64,000 bases of DNA from Oikopleura dioica (lineage: Eukaryota > Animalia > Chordata). The stretch spans positions 3,720,001 to 3,784,000 of the forward strand of contig OU015567.1 in assembly GCA_907165135.1 (NCBI GenBank). The letters are read 5' to 3'. Under the pieces are notes generated by a model that saw only the letters and a program-made list of their open reading frames with translations, was not told the DNA's origin and did not search any database. Of the stretch, positions 38,322 through 50,223 are shown one piece after another; the stretch's first letter is position 1; each line of letters opens with the position of its first letter. The position numbers and the translations under genes were made by a program.

Positions 38322-39718
38322 ATGGCATACGGGACAATTTCTGATGCAGATTTTCGCCGAATATTCGTCCCTATCGGAAGTGGAGATGCTCAGAATTCCG
38401 AAGAGAGAAAAATCTTAGTCGACCCAGAAGGAGATAGCTCAAAAGTTTCGATTGAAAAACTGCATTTTTGGGAAGATCTGACAGTAATGGCTTATTAAAT
38501 TGAAAAGTTTGAAAATGATTGATGAAATGAATGAACCATGAAATTTAATAAGCGAAAAATTAGCGTCGAAAGAAAAGTTGTCCGGACCATCGTGGAGGAA
38601 AACGATAATGATGATGATTTGGGCGATTTCTGGTGTTTATGTGAACGCTTTCGTGGAAATTTACTTGCACGAGACTGTGTTCGGCCCGAATCAACTTGAA
38701 TATGAGCCGCTTTGGGATATCTACGGTATTTTTTCTATTCAAGTTTTTTGCTGAATTTCCCTTCAGAGCTATTTGGCGAGGAAAGAAATGGAATCGATGG
38801 ACTGTTTTCTTTCACCGAGAGAGCGATGCTTTTCTTCCTGATTTGCTATATCTTTCTTCTTGCTCTTAGCCCGAATCGCCAAGTTATCATTCGAAGATTC
38901 TGCTTCCTCGGTGGACTCATCTATTTTTACAGGCACGTGTCATGAAGGCTTATGATATTCTATTTCATTTATTTTAAGAGCGCTTTTTATTTCGGTAACA
39001 ACTTTGCCCCCTACAAGAAAACTAGTTGGAGAATGCTCAAGACCACAAACTTCAGGAACGATTGGAGAGCTCCTCATACGGACTTTCTTCTTTGTTTTGA
39101 CGGGCGGGTTCAAAATGAATCAAGATGGAAACAACATTTGCGGGTAAACACATAATTTTTCTTCTCACCTACTTAGATTTGAAGGGGTTATCTTTTCTCC
39201 GGCCATACATCGATCATCATCCTGTTCTCCCGATTCGTTTGCAACTATTCTTCAAAAAAGCTGCCAAGGAGCTTCAAATATGGACTGAAGGTGTTGGAAG
39301 TTTTGTCAATCGTTTGCATCATTCTTGCACATGAGGTTATCCGTTTTCCGGAGAAAGAATACACTACTAAAAAATTCAGCATTATACAATCGACATCATA
39401 ACTGCCTGGTTCTTGATGACAAGAGAAATGTGGATTTATACTTCTTTACTACAAACTCAAGGTAAATATTCCATTTCATAGAAACAGATCGCTAGTCGCA
39501 ATTCTACAGAACTTCTATGATGATTTTTTGAGCTCGATTTTAAGCGATTGTTTAAGATCATACAGCTTCTTACTCTACTAAGATTATGGTTCCTTTTTTT
39601 AGACGAAAATTTGAACGAAAATATCGCTCTTACAAATGTCTGGTGGTCGAGTTTCTTCGAATGGATCGAAGAGGACTTGCCTCGAGATGAATTCTACCTG
39701 CCGAAAGAAAACTTCTAG
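38322..39718 (+). CDS. Sphingomyelin synthase family protein (divergent)
   Basis: Spliced exons give LHE...PLWD, IIRRFCFLGGLIYFYR...VTTLP, CGGYLFSGHT, AHEHYTIDI and VWWSSFFEWIEE. Confidence 0.85.
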
Positions 39719-39747
39719 TGTACACTTTCTTGCATCAATATATTTTT

Positions 39748-41548
39748 TTAATGAACTTTAAATTTACAGGATTTTAATTTTTTTTCGGACTTTTGGCAGG
39801 AACATGGTTTTGAACTTGAGAATCTCTCAATGGCTCGGGAAGAAAACGGACGAGTCGGACTAGAAATGGATGAGAAAATGAGTTGAAGGGAGTTTCTTAC
39901 CACTCCTTTGGGGGTTATGGGGCCGAATTGGTCTCTAAGCTTGCTTGGAGTTCTTGGCACCATGGTTGGAGTCTGCGTCATGGAATCTTCCAACGGGACG
40001 TTTAAAGATTTTTTCGGGCTAATTAGATCTAGCCCTGGAACTGGGCGGGACTTCTTGCTTCTTTTGGGAGTGAGAACGGGTGGAGGCTGGATTTTGATTG
40101 TTGGAACTGGCGGGGACGGCGGGGATTCTAAAATTTCTGTGAGTAAAAATGAAATTATGATAAACTAACTTTGTTCTTTCTTGATATCAATATACGGAGG
40201 TGTTGTAAGCTGGGCGAAAAACTTCGGTGATTTCAGCGATCCATGATCTGAACTTGAGCATCTTCTTTCTTGATCTTTTTCCCCATCTTCTTGTATTTTT
40301 TCTAGGTGATCTTCTTTAATATCGTCTCCCGGTTCAGCTTTGATCGAGTCCAAACGGTCTCTAGCAGAGAAAGACGCGGTATTATGGAGATGTTGCTGGA
40401 GATAGAGCGATTCGTGGTGGCCAAGGAAGGGTGAAGGGCTGAGCTGGCTGAAAAAAGCGAGCGGCGAAGTTGGAGACAGAGGAGCTGGGCTATGTTGGGG
40501 GATGAAAAGGCTTGGCCGCTCGAAGGAAAAATGTGTTGCGCGGATCTACGAAACTAATTGAATTATGATCAGGGGGAAGCCGTTACCTTTGGAGAAAGAG
40601 GAGGATGAGTTGCCGGTCGCTTGAAGTTGTCAACAAGTGTGTTTGAAAAAACAGCAGGTGTGGATGGAGTTGTCGGGGTGCAAGGAGTCAGAGTCAGCGC
40701 CGGTGCAAGTGGCGTCGCTGGTGTTAGCGGTGTTGCTGGAGACATGAGTTCTCCTGTCGATCCGACCATGGCATGATGTTTCTTTTTCCCGTGCGCGCCA
40801 TGAGGAACTCCTTCGTGTCGAGACTTGAGATGATGGAAATCAAAGAGGAGTTAAGAAATTCCGATTTTACCTTTGCTCTTAGATTATTGATTGTCGCCTT
40901 GCTGAGTTGGACGATTTCTCGTATCGCGTTGTCGCATGGCTGACTTGCATGGTCTCGCATATCATAATACAGCTACCAAATTTACTGATGATAGAACTCA
41001 AGAATATGATCTTACCTCCCGTCGCTCTTTTGAAGAACCAAGTGATCTTTGACGAAAGTCTTCCAGGACATCGGGATATCGACTTAGCAGAAGTCGGATG
41101 CAATTCTTAGCGCAACATTTCTAGAGCTTACTGTAACTGACTAGAAATCATATCTGGATCATACCAATTCGCTCAGTTTTTCGACGGAATGAAGAGCCCG
41201 CCTCGCCTTTGGAGCCGTATTTCGCGTGTACAAAAAGTTCAACGAGCAGCGCAGAATCTTGACAATCGCCTTTTTACAAAACCGCATACCCGTACTTCCC
41301 AATTTGTCCTTGCTCTCCTCGACAAAGGCGATGTAAGCCCTTGAATAGCGGCGGCCATTTTCGATTTCGCCCTCTTCTTGTCGGACGTTTTTCAGCCGTC
41401 GCGCTTCGCTCGTGATTCCGATAATTTCATGAAGCTGCTGCGTCCTTATTGAACAATGAGCGAGACAGATTTTGCGCAAAGCATAAAAAGAATGGGTAAA
41501 AAGTAGATTATGAAAAACGTGGTCAGTTTCGCTCTGCGGCTGACCCAA
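39748..41548 (-). CDS. Uncharacterised Ser/Pro/Thr-rich protein
   Basis: In-frame GT-AG joins of exons near 41100, 40980, 40810, 40550, 40350 and 40130; many S/T-P sites. Start codon uncertain. Confidence 0.55.
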
Positions 41549-43267
41549 TTTACGGCGCGAAAATCCGGAACGAAAAGTTCAAAACTTTAAGTTTCAACTC
41601 TTTTCTCTCTTTTGCAACTTGTTTACCTCTTGATGGCGCTCTTTTCTGTTCCCAAGATACTTTTCTGAATACAACGACACATGCCATTCATCCTTCGATC
41701 AGTGCATTCGAGGATCCGTCGCATTTCTGGTGTTATTTGATTCTAAATGGACAATCAAAAATTCAGATGAATATGACATTTTTACGTTTATGAGTAAATT
41801 TTCCCATTCTTCTGTATTGTTTGCTGGATCGTCAAATTCGCTCATTCTTAATTTTTACTGATAAACGCGAGAAAAGTACATATAACATCATTAGCGCGAA
41901 TGGAATTAAGGGGACTAAGAAGCACTTTTGCGGCTCTCGGCTTTTTTGAATTCACGTTTGAAAATTTCAACGCTGTATTTCATAAGGCTATATGAGTTGG
42001 AGCGTTTACTTTTATGAAATATATATGAACGCTAGTATATAGAAGGAAATAGGAGCGAGGCGAACTTCTCAAATTTATTCTGTCGGAGAATATGATGATC
42101 CCAGCTCGCTTTAATATTTAATCATATTTTGATTTTATGTCAAACTCGGGTTACGGGAACGACTTGTTTCTTTGGCTTCCTATTTCACGGATTATTGGGG
42201 CTAGCTGTCTAATTTTTGACTGTTTCAATGTCAGATCTACTTTTGTTAAATCTCTGATAGATCTTCTTTGATGAGCAATCTGTCTTTTTAATTATGGCCA
42301 TAATTTATTATGAATAATAAATATAAAAATAATTCATCATTATTTGACTTTGATTTTCATTCTTTTTCGATTGATTGAGATTTTTCATATTAAAAATACT
42401 TAATCAGAACCGGTTTGAATTCTGAAAATATGCCCAGGTGTAGAGTAATAGCAAGAAGAATATTTGTACTGTAGAAAAAGAAGTAGCAATCACTATTCTC
42501 TTTGGTTCTCCGGCCGTCCAGGAACGAAGATTCTTCGAGTTTATTAAAAGAAAACGACACGGAATTGTGAGGCGCCATGTAGCGGCAGATCCCCAAAATC
42601 TATCGATAATTGATCATTGTTACGCATCACATATACACACACACATATTTCCATGAAGTTTTATTTGCCCCTTTATAAAGCGATTTAGACTGGATCAAGT
42701 AAACCGATCGAACTCTCAAAAACTCTTAAGAATTAAGGATATCATGACTTATTCCTTGTTTACAAAATGAAATAAGGGTGTCACTTTCTTAATTTTTAGA
42801 GAAAATAGCCAGTTTTGAGATATGTCTTGAAAATTTAGTGAATTGTTTTCTCGCCCACACCCTTAAGATTCTTCTCAGAATTTGACCTTCAAGGTCGGGG
42901 AAGGCCCCTAAATTCGAAGAATAAATTTTCTTAAGCTTGCAAAACAACTTTTCCTGATTGAAAAAGCAAATAACCTTGAAAAGTTCTGCGCGCTCAAAGT
43001 CGTATTCTCTTTGGCTAAGTTTTAAGTAGATGGAGAATGTGGCCGTTCAGAGCGCAAATATTTGCGCTTTTACGACTCCTTGGTAAAACAGAACATGGAA
43101 CTAAAAATTTCCACCTTGGAGCTTCTCACGAGGTGGCCCGATTCACGCCAAAATACGACGTAGTTTGTTTTATTTGGAAGCTGCTCAGGGGAAAGTTTTG
43201 TCTTTACAGTCGTTCCAAACTACAGTCAAAAATATAAAATTGGTCAAGTCATTTTCTAAAGATTCAT

Positions 43268-43296
43268 TAACCCTAACCCTAACCCTAACCCTAACC
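43268..43296 (+). repeat. Interstitial telomeric repeat (TAACCC)4 TAACC
   Basis: Read directly. Confidence 0.9.
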
Positions 43297-43629
43297 AAAG
43301 ACTTCTAACTAAAAATAGCTCGAAATTGATAGCAAGGAAGAGATTTCAAAAAAAATAAGTGAAGCGAAAATGAGCTTTTTTTTAATTATGTAAGCAGTTA
43401 CGTTTTTCTATTGCTTTGGTTTGCAATTTGACTTCCCGGAACTCTGGGGAAGATCCCTTCCGCCGATTCGCGTAAAGCCGCCACAGCTGTGAAATTTCGA
43501 CGGTGCTCAGAGGCTCCGCTCTAACAACCACAGGGCACCTAACGTGGTACATAAGCACGCCAATTTCTGTTGTTAGAACATAACTCCAGAAAGTAAAAGA
43601 AAAATTGAAAGTACAAAGCAAAGAGCGAG

Positions 43630-44603
43630 ATGAAAGTTTTCAATATTTTATCTGCTTACTCGGCCGTGGATGCAGCAAGACAGAATCAAGATAGGCTCAT
43701 TGGTGGGCGATCTCCTCTAAGGTACTAGAACCGTTCTTTTAAAGGGCTTCAGAAAATTTTTTTTGTAAAATAATTCGCAAAATACTGAGTGAAAAAGTTA
43801 CCTTTGATTTTTCATATCTGCTTTTCGAAATTTCGACAGCGAGATTTTTCGGCGATATTCTCTTCTGATAATGAGAATCTCTCGTCAGCTTTGAGATTCT
43901 CAAATAAATCCCGCCCTCTTGCCTTTTTTGATCACCAATAAACATTTTCCTGGTGGCGCTTGATAGCAAATAATTATCAACCGTCAAGTTTGATAAAGCT
44001 TGTCTTGTATTTAATCGGTGTTTTCAGCGACCTTGAAGACAATTCTCAGGGAATTTTCGCTCTTCTGGATGCGCTTTATGGTGAAGATCATGTAATTGCG
44101 AATCACTGGAAGGCAAAACTTCGACGAAATCAAATTCGCTACGCAAGACAGTAAGTGTATCAAAATCTAGAAGGAAGATCCCTTCGAGGGACTTTTGAGA
44201 ATTATATTCATTTTCCCTTCCTAGCTTCGAAAACTGCGGCTCACTAAATACCTCTCGTAAGCGCCGTTCTGCCACTGAACTTGACCTTACCGATCCCGCC
44301 ATAGTCCAGCGCGATGGAGATGATCATAAAGGTACACTAAAGCTTTTCATCAGCATACTTGTTGCATCATTACATTTTATCATCAGAACTACATGTAACA
44401 TGTTTTCAAGTCATAAAAAACTTCATGAACCGATTCAAACGATGGGCTGGTGATTACTTATCTGAGGTTTGGTCAGGCTTTGAGTTCCTTCTCATTGTTT
44501 CTAGTGCCCAAGAGGGATCGCTAAGCGGGAAAAAGCACGAGCTGCCTTTTGGATGGGGAAGTTGCAGCAGCGAATTACCAGATACAGAAACCGTCATGGA
44601 TGA
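43630..44603 (+). CDS. Small secreted protein of an Oikopleura-type expanded family
   Basis: MKVFNILSAYSAVDA...PL|SDLEDNSQGIF...WKAKLRRN...CGSLNTSRKRRS...CFQVIKNFMNRFKRWAGDYLSE|CPRG...FWMGKL...*. Family assignment is from memory of similar unnamed O. dioica proteins. Confidence 0.6.
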
Positions 44604-45196
44604 AAAAGGCCGATCCAAAAAGAAAAAAAAATATTATTTCTATTTCTGTATATATGTTTTCTTAAATAAACCTTTCCTGAAAATAAGAAGCTTGTTGCCA
44701 GTTATTCTGAGACTGCTACTAATATTCTCATGCGCTTGAAATTTCACTGTCACGTGATTGTGACTCCAAATCATCAAATTTTCACCCTCGGAAATGAATC
44801 AGTAGGACCACTCGATCATTTATACAACAACGTTTTATTTTTCATTCTACTAGAACCCTGCCAAAAATGGCGCTCAAGTGCAAAAGAGTATATTCTGAAA
44901 TAAATGACCAAAAGATTACCACCTAGATCTAGGATATATAACAAAAAAATCCTAATTATTCCTACAAAATGACAAGTCTCCTTCTTCCTACTTTGTGGTT
45001 TTTATTAGCAGTTGAGGCATGTAAGAGGGGCGGAAATCCGATCATCTGTGGGCTCGTACCAACCCATTGTACGTCCTATCGAAGGGAAAAGCTCAAAGGA
45101 CATAGGAATCTATGTGCGGTCATGTCACAGCTGCTCTTTTATCACCAGGCGGATATAAACGCGTGTAGAAATTTATTCAGCAACACTTTCACAGAG

Positions 45197-47882
45197 ATGA
45201 TTTTGGTAAAATTTTACTTTCAGAGATAAGTCCTTATTTCCATATTTTAGTTCGCCTCCCTCTTGGGTCTCGCTTTTTGCGGCGAATATTGCTCCAACCC
45301 CCGTGTCGATCACACTCTCACTCCAGAAGCAGTCGGAAAAGACATCGCCCATGCAACCTATCGAAAAGTCTGGAAAAAGATTTCCAAAATCGACGAGATT
45401 CACTTTCAAGATCGCGAATTTCTCATTCGCTACGCTCTCGCTACCACAAATTATGGAACAAACACCACTACTGGTCAAATCTGGCCACTGACTCAAGACC
45501 AATTCGATGATACCAAAAATTTGTATTCTTTCCACAAAACCTCCATTTTGAACGCATTTCACCTCGACTGGAACCACATGCAGTTCTCAGATCTCGACGT
45601 CCCGCAATACTCTCTCATCTCTCTCATCCTCTACCTTGAAATGCAATCTTTCTTCCCTGCCCCCTTCGCCCAAGCAGATCAAGCAGCAACATTCACTGCT
45701 GTTACTAAATCAACTGTTGGTACTTTCTACGATGCTGCTGATGAGATTGCTGTAGAAGTAGACGGATCCTGCCTCGATAAAGAAATGGACCTTGTCTTTG
45801 TTGTTGACGAGTCTGGAAGCGTTGGTCCCTATAATTTTGAGTTGACGAAGGATTTCATCTTGCATCTCACCCATTGCTTAGATATATCAGCAGAACACGC
45901 TCGTGTGTCAGTCATTACTTACGCTTCTGTGGAGCATATTGACTTTAACCTTCACGATTACACCAATAGAAACTTCAGTGATGTCATCTCGAGCTTGACA
46001 TTTTCAGATGGAGGAACAGCAACATACAGTGGTTTGGACAAAGCTCTAGAAGTCTTCAAAAACAGCCCAGATAGCACAAGAACGAAGACAAGGAACGTTT
46101 TGATCACTATTACAGACGGAGCCAGTAATAACAACGTTCTTACTTGCGAAGCTGCCGAACGACTAAAAAATGATCCCCTAAATATTCAATCGATCGCAAT
46201 CGGAGTCGGATACGCGTGGGAACATGAGCTTCAGTGCATTTCTTCCTCATCCGACCATATTCATCGGCTAAACAATTTCAACGACTTCGCTGACATCAAG
46301 AGCATGATAATGAACACCGCTTGCAATGCTGAAATCGATGTCGTCAACGGAACAACTGGTGGATTTCTTCGGACTGCTGACGCGTCATATGGATCCGAAA
46401 GTGTTAATTTGATCCTAAACGGAACTGATCGTTTCGAACTTAATTCTAACCAGCGATTGACTGTCTACGGCTCTTACGAGTTTGCGAAGCCCTCCAGTGT
46501 GAGCAACGACTTTTCATTCGAATTCGATCATCATGGTCTTCCTTGGAACGAGACATGGGTAGAATACAACCCTCAATTCAGTGGAAAACTATTCCTCACC
46601 CTTGAAAATCTAGAGCCAGCAACCGCCGATTCAAAATTCGAAATTCGAATCATAAAGGATCCACCTGTAAATACGACCATTCCAGAACCGATTGACGAAT
46701 GCATCAAGAACGCGTTTTGCAACATGGACTCTGAATGCGAGTGTTTCAGCGACTACGTGACTGTCGAGGACAGATGGGGTTCCGGATGGGGTCTCGACCA
46801 AGGATCAGAAGACCCTGGCTATTCTTGTGAAGCTCCTTGCCCAGTTGCACTTGAAGAGTCCGAAATCATCTGCGAGCCGGGTACACGAGGCGTGAAGGTT
46901 CCACTTTGCGCGCTACGACACGCTCATGTTCATAAAAATAATCTCTATATGGGTAAATTGCGATTCTTAATCGCAATGATTTATGCTTTTTTGTAGGAAC
47001 TGCAGGATGTATCGGAACGCTGAATGAAGAAGAGGGAACAATTGATTTTGAAGATGGCCTGAATGGCTGCTCAATGGTTGAGAACATCAACTCAACACAT
47101 ATCTATTTCACTGGATTGGTTTACTCTCAAGAGAATGGTCATTCAGGAAACGCTATCGTTTCATTCGGACACGCGTTGGTGAGAGACTGTCTCAATAATA
47201 GAAAAGCATTTATAATAAATATATTCAGAAAATTCATGCAACTTGTGCATTCGAAAAGTGTATTCGTGCGCATGTAGACCTTATCGTTAATATTGCGATT
47301 TGGAACATCAACCTCGGCAAGACTGGCCAATTTACCACATCTGTCGCTGTTTACGATCGACCAGATATGGAGAAACCAGTTCCGTAGGACTCAAATTACA
47401 CGATTATATTTGCTTAAAATTTTCTAGGTCTGACAAAGTGTTCGAAGGATTTGACGATGTTTTCGTTAATATAACTCTTGACGATACGACCGACTTTTTC
47501 ATCAGTTTCAAATCTTGCGAGGCATATGACGACACTCTTGCTTCTCGTCCAACTTGGCCGCTCATTTCTGGCGGCTCGGAAGTGCAAGACTCGGGCTCAC
47601 AAATTCTCGATAATTTCGGTAATTTCTGCGAAAAGAACATGAAAATAAATTGTTTCTCTAGGTACTTCGATCGCCTTCAGCTTCAAAGCCTTCGCTTTCA
47701 ATGATTTCGACGCCAATGGACCTCCTGACTTCGGAGAAAACATCAAAATCGAATGTACTGTCTGCGTTTGCGATCCGAACCTTGATCAAAACTGCACTCC
47801 TGGCGCTCGAAAACGAAGAAATGCTGAAAGCAACGATAAAAATGAGTTCATCGTCTCCACAACTTTCAATCTTAACCAGTAA
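45197..47882 (+). CDS. Secreted VWA + EGF-like + ZP domain protein
   Basis: MIL|FASLLGLAFC signal; LVFVVDESGSVG (MIDAS DxSxS) and LITITDG; EGF-like CECFSDY; ZP-like Cys pattern ending CTVCVC...C...RKRR furin site. Confidence 0.85.
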
Positions 47883-48177
47883 TTATTTGTCCCTTCAACT
47901 GAAAACTCATTTTTCTGACACACGTAATCACATGTTTATAAACTGATACTTATTACCAACTCATTGAAAAAGAACAATAAACAATCAATTCTCCAAAATA
48001 AGGCTTTTCTATACTTGTTTTTCAAAAAATTGCAATAAAAACTGATTTTAACTCAAGAATGAACCACTTGAAAAATTTCCCAGTCCAGAAAAGGCATTGA
48101 AATTGTTATTTGAGGAGAATAAAAATCCAAACAGAGTCGGATCGCTATTGACTGAGATAAAAATTATTTGAGAAAGA

Positions 48178-49300
48178 CGATGATAAAAACGCTTCTGGTA
48201 ATTTTTATTGAGAAATTATTGGTTGAATCGACTCCTTTGAGAGAAATAACAACAGGTTTTGTCGAGACGAGTCAAACTCAAACTGTTACAGATATATCAG
48301 AAGTTACAGGGATGCGTTTCATCGAGATTTTGCATAGTTTTAAATCTCGAATAAGTGAAGAATTTTTTAAGTCAATATATATTTCATGCACCGTATACGA
48401 AAAAACGCTGATAGAAACTCTTTAAGCATAATTCATTTCAAAAACTATGAATATTTTCTTCTCAAGTCGCTCTTTTATAGTTACCTTCGTTACGCTTTCT
48501 TTGCCCAAGCAGCCGGAACCGTTGATAAGATAGAACTGATAAGAAAAATAAATCATGAAGAAATCCTACTTTCTTAGCAAGATTGAACCATTTTTAAGTA
48601 AAAAACGCGTAAAAGACTCAACAACTGTCATTTTTTCTTCGAATGCCGAAGATTCAACAACGGCTCAGGCTTTTACATCATCATTTCTATCACTTACCAG
48701 CGATTTTTCATCATCATCAACCTCGTCAGATTCCCCTTTAACAAGTTCATCGTTGTTTCCAACGACAGAAGCCTTCAGCACTCTTCAAACCACCAGTGCT
48801 CAGACGATCTTCTCGACTTCTTCGCTGATACCAACAACTGCATCAATGTCAACAGTCACTGGAATCACTTCAGAAATCACTACTGGAGAATTTTCAACAG
48901 AAAAATTGGATTTTACAACTGCAAATGTCACAACTCTCCCGCCGGAGGAATATACAACTGTGGAGACAAAGCATTGTACAGGAATGCTTTCACAAAATTA
49001 CAAAAAGAAATGACCTAGCTGTAAGTGCCTCGGCAATCTGTCTAAAAACCTGACTCAGGGATCTGAGTGAGCTTTTATAGAACGCCGCACAGCGGCTTTA
49101 TTCCGAAAAAAGCCGGCCAGGGCTTTTTATAAAAGCTGATTCTTGACCCTGACTCAGGTTTTTACACAGGTTGCTGAGCAAAGATGTAGACCGAAATCAT
49201 TTGTGAAAACATTTTCAAAGGTTACGGATGCATCATTGGAATTATGACGGCAGTTTTTGCAGCAATCGCTATTATTCTAGCGTTTTCAAGAATACGATGA
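48178..49300 (+). CDS. Ser/Thr-rich mucin-like single-pass membrane protein
   Basis: Hydrophobic leader and S/T-rich exon 48555-48981. A GA-AG intron (48982-49220) gives CTG|YGCIIGIMTAVFAAIAIILAF. 5' exon joins and the tail are uncertain. Confidence 0.5.
49044..49163. mobile_element. 120-bp MITE-like element with 17-bp terminal inverted repeats containing TGACTCA
   Basis: AAAAACCTGACTCAGGG (49044-49060) and CCCTGACTCAGGTTTTT (49147-49163), 16/17 complementary. Related termini occur at ~50493-50552. Confidence 0.6.
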
Positions 49301-50144
49301 ACAGATGATCTTCTTTCTTATATTTTTTCTATATTGCAATAAAGATTTTATTTTCCTTTCTTGACAGTCAAAAATGCCTCTTTGAAGATGAGTAATTTCA
49401 CGATTGAAGCGGCGTTTTATGTTATGAAGAGGGTTAATTAGCGCAAATGTCATCGCGTAGCTTAGCCGCGTTTTACGTTCCAAAGCGAAAACGATATTCA
49501 AATAGAACTAGAAAGAGACACAAAGAGAGACTCAGAAAAGAGCCTCTCGGAAGTTGAAAAAGAAACAAAAGAGAGAAGCGATCGCGAATTTTTGAAATTT
49601 CAAAATGATTCGCCAGAGAAACTCTTCTTTAAGAATATTTTGTTTGGATTGTTAAAATAGATATTATTAAAATTATTTATTAAAAAAATATTAATTATTA
49701 TTTTTCTTAATATTTTTTTCACCATTTCGGGTTACTTTATTTTTCAACAGTTATTCGGAAAAAAGGATGATCCGGGCAGGTCGTTCCGATCTCAGTTTGG
49801 TTGTGGCGCCTTTTGTTCCAATTGGCGGCGGCGCGCGGAAAAAAATTGAGAAATTCGCGGCGGCCGCCCGAAACCCCAAAAACCGAAACCGACTGGTTCA
49901 TCAATTTTTAACACTTCCAAAGCGGCCACTTTTGTCTAGAGAAAATGCCAATGACAGCGCGCCGAAATCGATAAACAAACAAAAGCCGACTTTTCCGTTT
50001 TTTTTGTCGTATTCTAGAGATTTTGACGAAAAAAGAAGCAAATAAAAACGAAGACAAAATACTTTTTTACTGTTATTCTAGAAATAGTTCTTTGTCAAGG
50101 AATTTTGATTGATTTTAATCTAGAAATCGGCTTTTAGAATTGAA

Positions 50145-50223
50145 AAGCCGCTTGCGGCTTCGAGAAAAATAGCCGCGCTTTGAGCGGCTCAATTGTACTT
50201 TTTCTCGAAGCCGCAAGCGGCTT
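50145..50223. mobile_element. 79-bp hairpin/MITE with perfect 25-bp inverted repeat AAGCCGCTTGCGGCTTCGAGAAAAA
   Basis: Arms 50145-50169 and 50199-50223 are exact reverse complements. Confidence 0.75.
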
